From positions 1 through 33,104 of the forward strand of contig NW_021832112.1 of NCBI RefSeq assembly GCF_006345805.1: 33,104 nt of DNA, read 5' to 3'. Below the pieces are notes generated by a model. The model saw only the letters and a list, made by a program, of their open reading frames with translations, made no database searches and was not told where the DNA came from. The translations under genes were made by a program, and so were the position numbers. Of this stretch, positions 23,231 through 33,038 are shown one piece after another. Numbering within the stretch: position 1 is the first letter of the stretch; each line of letters starts with the position of its first letter. This stretch comes from Octopus sinensis (taxonomy: Eukaryota).

Positions 23231-23926
23231 TAGTAGCCCGTCAAAGGATAAAGAAGTCCTTTGATGTTTCGCCCCAACACCGCGTTTCAGATTTTCCTCG
23301 TGACTTACCTTTGCCAGAATTGAAACAATATATTAAGCCATCAGATTTGATCTTCACTGTGGTTCTTCGTAGGAATAAGTTTCAAAGACATCCTCTCTCT
23401 CCTAATAAAACATCACAGCTCATACATCCAACAGACGGAAACCGGGCAACGGAGATTGTATTAGAACAATGGCCTTCCCTGAAGAACACGTGGCTTGTTC
23501 GTAGACTCTACAGAAATACAAAAGAGGATTAAAGTCAAATGCGAAACGTTGTTATTTACACGACATAAATAAACATGACAGATGTAAGTTAAAGAAACGA
23601 CCGGCAGGGATATAATTAACATTCATTATATAATTTGTATTTTTTTTTTGCATGTTTCTTTTTTTTTTCATATGATTCGATCTCTGTTTTATGTTTGCTT
23701 TTTCTGTCTTTTCTTTGATTTTCAATAATTGATGAAATACTCTCGATCTATACTCCACGATCTGATAGTGTTTCCCAACATGCTGGTTTAATATATAAAC
23801 AAGATGTTTTAAAATGTGTAAGATTTATATTTATATAGAATTGTGCGCGTTTGTGTCTCTGTTTAATTAGATTACGTGTGTGTTTGTGTTGTGTTGTGTG
23901 AGGTTGGGGGTGTGATTCCTCTCTAG

Positions 23927-23993
<67 letters not shown>

Positions 23994-24677
23994 GTGTTTG
24001 TTTCAATGAGACAATTCGTATGCGCAAGTAATTAAGTCACGTGAAAATTTATAAATAAGGTCGGATGGGTTTTCTCCTTTCGAAGGGGGGCGTGTGACTA
24101 CGTTTCCTTTTCCATGCACATGTTAATCACTCGTAATACGCGCGTGTGTGCGTGTGTGTGTGTCCTGTGTGCATGTGTGCGTGTGCCTGTGTGTATATGT
24201 GTGTGTGTCCTATCGTGTATGCATGCACATCAGTGGTCATCATTATGTAAAGACTCTTACACATACATGAATGTAAGTAATTCGTACGTATGTATATCTT
24301 TACACACACACACACACTCATACGTATGAATAATCTGAAACATTGTCCCCGACACAGACTGGTCGTATCTGCGATTCCTGTCTTTTTACCAACAACTAAA
24401 CACAATCCTTCCTCCCTGGCACATTATCCCTCTGGAATATTCTCCCCGTTTATATTTTTCCTACAAATGTTGACCTGCGAGAAATTTTAAACAGAACTTC
24501 AACGCCATCAATCTCACCCATCAATGAAGGCACGCAAGGCGCATGGGTTCTGTCCTTTACTCGAAACTCGAAAATCGTAAATAAAACAGCCAAAACAACA
24601 CAAAAGTAAAACAAACAAAAAAAGGAAACCAGACGTTTATGAGTCTGTAATCTTTTTTTAAAAAATTTTCTGTCATT

Positions 24678-25055
24678 GGCGCAGATGTGGCTGTGTGGCA
24701 AGAAGTCCGCTTCCCAACGACACGGTAGTGTTCAATCTCATTGCGTGATACCCTGCACAAGTGTCTCCTATCATAGCCTCGGGCCTACCAAAGCCTGTGA
24801 GTGAATTGGAACAGAAAGAAACCCGTTTTCCACACACACACACACACACATACATATGTGTGTGTATGTGTTTGTCTCCGACCATCGCTTGATAACCGGT
24901 GTCGGTTTGTTTACGTCCCCGTAACTTAGCAGTTCGGCAAAACGTAACCGATAGAATAAGTACCAAACTGAAAAATACAAGTGCTAGGGTCGATTCATTC
25001 AACCAAAATTCCTCCAGCATGGCCGCAGTCTGAATACTGTAACCAGAAAGAAATA
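24678..25055 (+). mobile_element. SINE family A, full length
   Basis: GGCGCAGATGTGGCTGTGTGG head, (CA)/(TG) centre, CAGCATGGCCGCAG tail. Confidence 0.8.
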
Positions 25056-26419
25056 TGAAAGACGAAGGTGCACTTTTTTCCTTAGCGTTTTGATTCTTCG
25101 TAGAATGGCAAAGAACCCAGTGCAGATCATTTAGAACGTTTTTCCTAATTTATTGTGCTCATTTCTGATGGGATCCTTCACTTTTTAAGAATGGTTCATA
25201 AAGAAATAGAAAAGAAAAGAAAAGAAAAACCCAAAACAAATGAGTTTTCCCCAAACTCTCGATATTTTCTTTCCTTCAAGAACGCCAAAACACTAATTTC
25301 ATGCCGTTTGCTTCATCGATTTTCATCAATTCCACATAGAATTTTATATTTTATATATTTGTATAGCTTTTAATTATTTATTTATTTTGAAGAATAGATA
25401 TTTCAACATAACCAACATACTCCAACGCCAACAAAAGTTCCTTTCTTCGAATGCTAAAATATAATTTGTGGAAGGAATTTTATAAAGGCATTTTGTAGAT
25501 CTGTGTTTCTTCAGTTCAGTTGATATCCTTTCAGGAAATTCTTTCAATTTACCATTTTACAGATAATAAATGACGTTTTTTCTTCAATTTCTCTAAACAA
25601 CAACAACAACAACCGCAAATTAATTATCTCTTCAAGTCGAAGATTCCGAAGCATAAATTTGATTGCATTCTTTCAGGATTAGCATTTCTCTGGCATAAAT
25701 TTCCCATCAGTTTCATTTACATATTTCTTTCATTTTGCTTCTATCGTTCGGAGTATTGACATCTTCATCATTTTTTAACGTTTTCTTCTAATTTAAATAA
25801 TTCAGCTATCATTCTTGCATCCATATAGTGTCTCTCAACCATTTATTCTCTAAGCATTTCTATCCTCCATAGCATCATGCACATACACTTACTTTTTACA
25901 TCACTCTCCAATTTTGATAAATTGAGTGACGCCATGCTTCGCTGATGAATTCAAATAAGGCAGAAATATGTCTGCATTTGTTCAACATGCTGTTGTTAAA
26001 ACAAATAATATTAGTTAGTGTATATTATGTTCTATTTTTGCAACACAATTACTTCTAGTTATCTATCTGTATTAATCGTTTCATTTAATCGTTAATTATA
26101 TTAACACAGACTTTAAAACTTTAAATGATTCTGATACGCTTTTCCGTCTTAGTAAAAGTAACTCAGATTAATGATTATCCATATTCACTTCATCTATATT
26201 TCTAAGCTTTTTTTAACATGTAATATTCATATCGGACATTAAAACAATCAAATTGCAAAGGAAACGAGAGAAGATCCAGGCGACACGACTTGGTTGCTTT
26301 TTGCTTTTCTGCTTTAAAAATGAAGCTTATGAGGTGCACTTTACTTTCAGGTTAGCTGCAATTGTTTAAAACGAAAATTCAAAACCGCAGAACATTATCA
26401 ATAGCTTCTCGTTGTATAC

Positions 26420-26722
26420 ATTGTTCGTTCCTTCTCGAGCCACGCCTGACTCATAAGGGCCGGTTTCCCGGTTTCCTTAGCGTTTAGGTTCCCCACCTGG
26501 ACGGGACGCCGATCCGTCGCAGGTGAGCTGCAAGGTGCGGGAGGAAAGAGTGCGAGAAAATTGTGGCGAAGGAGTCAGCAGAAGTTCACCATTACCTTCT
26601 GCCGGAGCTGCGTGGAGCTTAGGTGTTTCGCTCATAAACACACACATCGCCCGGTCTGAGCTTCGAACCCGCGATCCCTCGACCGCGAGTCCGCTGCTCT
26701 AACCACTAGGCCATGTGCCTCC
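26420..26722 (-). mobile_element. SINE family C, second full-length copy
   Basis: Collinear with 18394-18696 over ~300 bp. Confidence 0.85.
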
Positions 26723-26851
26723 ACCGTTGTATATATAAGATCTGATGAAATCTGATCATATGATTGCCGTTCTTCATTGCACTTTGCCAATATACAAAAT
26801 CACTGTTACAAGTCTATTCAATGAACAGCATTCAGCGAGTACACACACACA

Positions 26852-26912
<61 letters not shown>

Positions 26913-27120
26913 GCACCATAAAGTGAGTGATTTGCATTCGGACCTTCCAAATCGCTGTCTGTTTCTCTTTGTTATTGCAATGTCGTCAGAGGTCAAACAT
27001 TGTTGATGCTGTAACATGAGTCAAGATGGTTATATACGTATGCTGTCTTTACAATGAATTGATTTTCTCAATGATCTGTCAAGTTATATATAAAAAACAT
27101 AACATTATGTATGTATGCAA

Positions 27121-27151
<31 letters not shown>

Positions 27152-27230
27152 TGTATGTATATACATGTATGTATGTATGTATGTATGTATATATATACAT
27201 GTATGTGTATATATATATATATGCATATAT

Positions 27231-27482
27231 ATTTTGTTGGTGCATAATTATTGCGGTGTTTTTTTCCCAACAAATTTTATTCGACAAAAACAATAACAAT
27301 ATTTTTAAAAAGCATCTTTAAATGACGGTCTGACCGTCTGCCTAGCAAATAGGAAGCAGTCATTGAAGTAGATGGTGAATATGCTCCGGAATAATCATTT
27401 AAAGATGTTTTTGGTACATGTTATTGTTTTGTTGAATAAAAGTTGTTGAAAACCCCCCGCTATAACTATACACTAACCAATA
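27231..27482 (+). mobile_element. Mariner-derived MITE with ~95-bp inverted arms
   Basis: 27231-27325 is an imperfect inverted copy of 27395-27482, including a perfect CATCTTTAAATGA/TCATTTAAAGATG. The centre encodes DRLPSK*EAVIEVDGEYAPE*, a mariner transposase C-terminus. Flanked by TA runs. Confidence 0.75.
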
Positions 27483-27485
27483 TAT

Positions 27486-27540
<55 letters not shown>

Positions 27541-27560
27541 ATATATATATATATATATAT

Positions 27561-28271
27561 ATTATATAATTAGGGCTTAGTAAAATAAATTACTTTGCCA
27601 CATACTGAACTTAGTAGAAATAGCAGCCAAAAAAATTTTTCTTAGCATTTCTACTACTTAAAGAAAATTTCTCTCAGATAATGTTTACTACAGACAGCTC
27701 ACGAAGGTTTGGGGGGTAAATACAGAAAAATATCACAAGTACATAAGATCGTTTGAGTACGTCAACGTTTCAAGATTAGCCAAATAAAATCAGCATTTCT
27801 TTCGTCAGCTCAAAATTTCTTAATTTGGATTTGGAAACACTAAAAAGAAGGAACTTTACCTATCAGCGAACTTGTCGCTTCAGATGAACCACTCCAACTA
27901 AACAGTGTCAACAAATTCAAAATGCGCAGGCGTAAAATTCTGCACTCCCCATTCCACCCACGTGGTCTATCTAGCAAACATTATATTTTAACCGCGAGAA
28001 CCGAGGCAGTATGACCGAGAGAAATGAATTATAATATCACAATTGAGGGTAAAATTAATTAATTAATCAATTTCACCAGGTGTTCAGTATGTAAAAGGAC
28101 CATTTAAGGCGAATTCAAAATATTACATTATATAATTAGGGCTTAGTAAAATAAATTACTTGCCACATACTGACTTAGTAGTAGAAATAGCAGCCAAAAA
28201 AATTTTTCTTAGCATTTCTACTACTTAAAAAGAAAATTTCTCTCAGATAATGTTTACTACAGACAGCTCAC
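27561..28271 (-). mobile_element. Non-coding hammerhead-bearing element with terminal direct repeats (Penelope-like partial tandem / retrozyme-like)
   Basis: 27561-27702 and 28127-28271 are near-identical direct repeats differing only by small indels; period 566 bp. The unique middle contains the hammerhead. Both ends abut (TA)n or (CA)n tracts. No RT ORF. Confidence 0.6.
27752..27814 (-). ncRNA. Type I hammerhead ribozyme, apparently intact
   Basis: Minus strand reads UUUGAG-CUGACGA-AAGA(22 nt)UCUU-GAAA-CG(UUGA)CG-U-A-CUCAAA. It has a 6-bp stem I, complete core boxes, a 4-bp stem II base (A10.1-U11.1), a short stem III and a GUA cleavage triplet. Predicted cut is between 27758 and 27757. 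Confidence 0.8.
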
Positions 28272-28277
28272 ATACAT

Positions 28278-28349
<72 letters not shown>

Positions 28350-28751
28350 TATATAAGAGAACAAAGTGTACGTACGCCGCTATATATATATATATATATG
28401 TATATGCACAAACACATGCTATTCGTCCGATCTTCCCTTACACAAATTACCGAACACAGGGAACCCTACACACACCACACACACACCACACACACACATA
28501 CACATACACACACATGCACACATCCATTCCCATAGAATACACAACATAGAACACGTGCAAAAACTCCGCCTCCCGCAAACCTTCTCATCTTGTATTTCCT
28601 TACCGAATGAACCCTTTCGGTGTTTCAGTCGTTTTGTTTTACTAGAACTGGTTGGATGGGCAACAGAATTTGACGGAAGGCCTGGGGTCTAGAATGTGGG
28701 GAATGGGATTTTCGTTAGTGATGTATATCTAGTTATATAGTGGGTGGGGTA

Positions 28752-28918
28752 GTGCAGGCATGCGTAGTGTGTGGTAAGAAGTTTGGTCTCAAACACATGG
28801 TTCTGGGTTCAATCTCACCTCATGGCATTTCGGACAAGTGTCTTCTGCTATAGCCTCGGGCCGACCAAAGTCTTGTGAGTGGAATTTGGAAGATAGAAAC
28901 AAGAATACGCCTGTGGTA
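28752..28918 (+). mobile_element. SINE family A, 5' half only
   Basis: Head through CAAGTGTCTTCTGCTATAGCCTCGGGCCGACCAAAG, then (TA)n. Confidence 0.75.
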
Positions 28919-28920
28919 TA

Positions 28921-28959
<39 letters not shown>

Positions 28960-29168
28960 CGTATGGATATATGTATTCATAATACAAACAATTGAGACTT
29001 AGTATTCGTGTATTGCGGCTAAGATGGCGGCAGGATCGCCTATATGTGAGGGTCTGTTGTTCATTTGATGAATTTTGCCTGAATACTGTTCACCTGTTAA
29101 TCAAATTACTTTGATGTATTTCCACCTTCCTGCTTTGTAACAGTAACTTTTTATCCATCCATCCATCC

Positions 29169-29242
<74 letters not shown>

Positions 29243-29243
29243 A

Positions 29244-29276
<33 letters not shown>

Positions 29277-30424
29277 ATCAATCTATTTATCTGTCTATGT
29301 ATGTATGTATGTGTGTGTGTATGTATGTATGTATGTGTGTATGTATATAGCTATCTATCTATCTATCTATCTATCTTTCTATCAATCTATTTATTTGTCT
29401 ATGTATGTACGTATGTATGTATGTATGTATGTGTGTATGTATGTATGTATGTATGTATGTATGTATGTATCTATCTATCTATATATATATATATATATCT
29501 ACCCATCTGTGTTCTTTATTTTTCTATGAGTTATCAAATGGTTGAACCTGTTGCCGCATGTTTGTATTCTTATAAGAGAGACCCAAATATGTGTGAGTCG
29601 TACACATATATACATACATATATACATATATACATACATATACAATGGATATACAAGCATACATGCATATACACGTGTGTGTGTGTGTATATATACTGAG
29701 ATATATACGAATACACATATATACATATATACACACATATATGTATATATATTTATGTATATAAATCTTTATATACAAATACGTTTCTATTTCTCTACCT
29801 GTGTCTGTCCGTCTCCCCCTTTTGTTCTACACAAACATACACACACACAGACGAACACACACACACATAGACACATACACACACACACATACATATTCCT
29901 TTATGCAAATACATTGTTTATATCGCCGTGTCAGTGTATCTTTGTATGTTTATATCTACATATGTGCTACATGGCGTATCTATTGTTTTAATTACAGTTA
30001 AAATACAATGAACCCACTCCATGTATGTATTATGTATGTATGTCAGTTTGTGTGTGTGTGTGTGTGTATTTATACCTATAAAATAAAACAACTTTCCGCA
30101 TGACATGACAGTTTGAAGTGGCGGCCACGTTTTGTTCTTCAAAGGACAATCAATGAGTTTAAATTCTGTCAGTATTTGCAACAGCTGTAAACACCTTTCT
30201 ATGTTTAACTAAGCGTGACGATACAGTCGGTGGTTTGAAATATTTCAGAAATTAACAGAAGGCAAAGCGGCCCCACGATTCCCCAAACACCACTTCTACT
30301 AAATGATATAATGATATATAGCAGAAGCAAGAGAGTGACTCAAGGGCCGGGAGTTTCGTGCGTTGCCACTTATTAAACTAGTTACAAATTGAAGTGTTGT
30401 GGATTTAATTTTTCGATTTGTTTG

Positions 30425-30430
30425 GTAAGT
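30425..30430 (+). other. Candidate donor of a non-coding 5' UTR exon of SKOR
   Basis: Consensus TTG|GTAAGT 540 nt upstream of the acceptor. If joined, the frame has a stop at 30406-30408, so the exon would be untranslated. Confidence 0.35.
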
Positions 30431-30467
30431 GCCAATGTACGAAACTCTCAACCTTTGAGTCACTTCG

Positions 30468-30664
30468 TTGCGTGGGTGTGTGGTAGGAAGCTTATGGTTC
30501 CGGGTTCAATCCGTGTGCGTGTCACCCAGGGCAAGTGTCTTCTCCGGCCGACCAAAGCCTTAAGATAGTAGAAGACACTCGCCCAAGGTGCCACACAGTG
30601 GGACTGAACACAGAGATCCTGTTGTTGGCAAGCAAGCTACTTACCACAGAGCCACTCCTGCGCC
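30468..30664. mobile_element. Two SINE family A heads fused in inverted orientation
   Basis: A + head at ~30468-30561 is immediately followed by a - head at ~30565-30664; GGGCAAGTGTCTTCT pairs with AGAAGACACTCGCCC. Confidence 0.7.
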
Positions 30665-30940
30665 CATTAAAAAGGACAGTTAAATTCCAAACTACTATTA
30701 AGGATAAAATTTCAAAGGGAATTAAAAATGAAAACATTTATCATCTATCCCCTGGACCAATGGTTTCAGACATTTTTTTAGCAAATAAAATAATTTACTT
30801 GGCGAAGTCTTCTTCAGCAGGCACACCTTAGATTAAATATATATACACGAGGCAATCCAGTATATGGCCCTTGCTTATACATTCTAATTTTTACAATTTA
30901 TATATAATGTATACATATTTATACACCTTGTTTAATTCTC

Positions 30941-30964
30941 CTGTTTTTCTTTCTCTCATTGTAG
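30941..30964 (+). other. Splice acceptor upstream of the SKOR start codon
   Basis: CTGTTTTTCTTTCTCTCATTGTAG| lies 11 nt before the ATG; a CTAAT branch-like motif is near 30884. Confidence 0.6.
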
Positions 30965-30975
30965 CTATACCCGAG

Positions 30976-31973
30976 ATGACCGCCAAAACCCATTGTCTTG
31001 GAAATATCGACAAGGAGTTGCAACGGCCTGTGAGTGCCGATGGACAGCAATCGCAGTATCTTCAGTCTCTGAGTCACACTCCTCATCATTTAGCACACCA
31101 ATCTAGCATCATCAACAGCAGCAGCACTGCTGGTATAATTACCAGTAGTAGTAGTGGTAGTAGTGGTAGTAGTAGTAGTAGCGGTAACAACAGTTCTAAC
31201 CTTATCGGTAGTAACAATAACGGCAGTAGTAGTAGTAATAACCTCCATACAGCCATTGGCAACGGTTCCGGTAGCCAGAACGGCAACAACAACAACAACA
31301 GCAGCAACATTAGTATCAACAGCCATCATCATCCTCACAGCAGCCATATTGTCAGCCCCATCCGGAGCATCGTGGGCGGTGGCGGCAGCGGCGGAGGCGG
31401 TAGTGGTGGCGGCAGCAGCAGTAGCAGCAACAACGGTAGCGCCACTACCGCCAACAACAACAACAACAACAACAACAGCAGCAGCAGCAGCAACAACAAA
31501 GCGCACAGCAATCTTCATCTCCATCCGCATCCCCATCACCACCATCATCACCACCACCATCATCATTATAACAACAGCAACAACAGCAACAGCAGCAACA
31601 GCAGCAGCAGCAGCAGCAACAGTAACAGCGGCATCAACACCAATACTACTACTAATAATAATAATAACAATAGTAGTAACGGCGGCAGCAGTAACCATAG
31701 CAACAGCAACAGCAGCAGCAACAACCATAACAGTCTCACGGCAAGTAGTACAACAACAATAACAACGGGTAGTAGTAGTGGTAACGGTAACAACAACAAC
31801 AACAGCAACAACAACAGCATCAACAATGGTAAAGTGAGTCCCAAAGAATACGTGCTCACGCACCAGAACCAAATTGGTAACGTCATTCTTGCAGGCGTTC
31901 CAATCGTGTCTCTCTTCATAGACGCAAAAGAACGACTGTGTTTGGCACAGATTTCTAACACTTTACTTAACAA
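30976..31973 (+). CDS. SKOR: First coding exon of a SKI-family transcriptional co-repressor (SKOR1/2, Drosophila fussel/CORL-like); gene continues beyond the window
   Basis: The translation ends ...NQIGNVILAGVPIVSLFIDAKERLCLAQISNTLLNK, matching the SKOR/CORL Ski/Sno/Dac domain start (recalled consensus L(Y)GVPIVSLxIDGQERLCLAQISNTLL). Similarity stops exactly at AA|GTACGT (phase-2 donor at 31974), after which the ORF is T-rich intron. ATG at 30976 follows a polypyrimidine/AG acceptor. The expected next exon (YSYNEIHNRR...) is not visible before 33104. The paralogue cannot be assigned. Confidence 0.88.
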
Positions 31974-31979
31974 GTACGT
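31974..31979 (+). other. Splice donor ending the SKOR coding exon
   Basis: AA|GTACGT, located where the conserved protein motif breaks off, followed by T-rich low-complexity sequence. Confidence 0.8.
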
Positions 31980-32082
31980 CTTTCTACCTTTCTTTCTACC
32001 TTGTTTGTTTGTTTTGTTTTGCTTTGTTTGTTTCTTGGTTTAACATTTACATCTGACATGTTTTTTTTAACTAGATTACAGC

Positions 32083-32510
32083 TCCTCCCCTCCTCCTCCC
32101 CCCACATCCTCCTCCTCCCCTCTATCATAATCATCATTGTTGACATCGTCATTTCCCTTTTCTTCTTCTTTCCTTCTTCTTCTTCTCCTTCTTCTTCTTC
32201 TTCTTCTTCGTCTTCTCCTCCTTTTCCTCTCCTCTTCCTCTCCTCCTTCGTCTTCTTCATCTTCCCCTCCTCCCCTCCTCCCCTCCTCTTCCTTTTCCTC
32301 CTCCTCTATCATAATCATCATTGTTAACATCGTCATTTCCCTTTTTTTCTTGTTTCCTTCTTCTTCTTCTTCTTCTTCTTCTCCTCCTCCTTCTCCTTCC
32401 ATCCTCTTCCCCATTTTCCTCCCTTCTTCCTCCTCTTCTTCCTCCCCTCCTTCGTCTTCTTCTTCACCTCCTCCTCTCTTCTTCTTCTTCTTCTTCTTCT
32501 TCTTCTCATT
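32083..32510. repeat. Intronic polypyrimidine (CTT/CCT)n tract with an internal ~184-bp duplication
   Basis: TCTATCATAATCATCATTGTT(G/A)ACATCGTCATTTCCC occurs at 32121 and 32305. Confidence 0.85.
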
Positions 32511-32876
32511 ATTATTTTATTATTATTATATAAGGGGAGAGGAAAAATGTGTGGAAGCCCATCGAACATGCACACACACACACACATACACATACACACA
32601 CACACATACACACACACACACATATATATATAGAGAGATTCAGATGAATATGGTACTTAAGTTAAAGGCACCAGAATTTGGTATGGTATTATCCATATAA
32701 ATCAAATGGGGTGATTATAATCAAAATAAGCAACAAGGATATCCAAGGTAGAGTAGTACAATTGTTTCATGCTATTTCATTTTATTAAACACTGTATTTT
32801 AAAATTGATGTAATACTTACAGTGTTTAATAAAATGAAGTAGCATGAAACAATATATATATATATATATATATATA

Positions 32877-33038
32877 CGACGGGATTCTCTCAGTTTCCGT
32901 CTACCAAATCCATTCAAAGGCTTTGGGCGGCCCGAGGCTATAGTAGAAGACACTTGCCCAAGGTGCCACAGAGTGGGACTGAACTCAGAACCATGTGGTT
33001 GGCAAGCAAGCTACTTACCGCACAGCCAAACCTGTGCC
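32877..33038 (-). mobile_element. SINE family A, 5' half, in the SKOR intron
   Basis: Reverse-complement head ...CTACTTACCGCACAGCCAAACCTGTGCC; begins at (TA)n. Confidence 0.8.

Noticed and set aside
25066-26342. 11-bp direct repeat AGGTGCACTTT bracketing 1.27 kb of complex AT-rich DNA (possible TSD of a decayed TE)
   Set aside because: No terminal repeats or recognisable protein in the frames I translated; could be chance.
26640-26722. tRNA-like sequence with A and B boxes (also the other SINE heads)
   Set aside because: No complete acceptor stem or cloverleaf; each continues into a SINE body, so these are not tRNA genes.
498-26760. Other CTGANGA boxes (498, 3415-, 3449-, 4408-, 6233-, 12630-, 23479, 25508-, 25942, 26743, 30811-)
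   Set aside because: Each lacks a correctly spaced GAAA and/or pairable stems I-III; consistent with chance 7-mers.
30180-30210. Possible PTF1 composite site (E-box plus TC-box)
   Set aside because: CAGCTG is present but the downstream TTTCTA does not match TTTCCCA; only the E-box is noted.
30871-30975. ORF-track start (TTG) and the C-terminal YVFLPFFLPCLF... extension to 32043
   Set aside because: Both lie outside the splice sites (acceptor 30964, donor 31974) and have intron-like composition.
31086-31973. Antisense and alternative-frame ORFs over the SKOR exon
   Set aside because: Shadows of the triplet-repeat coding strand.
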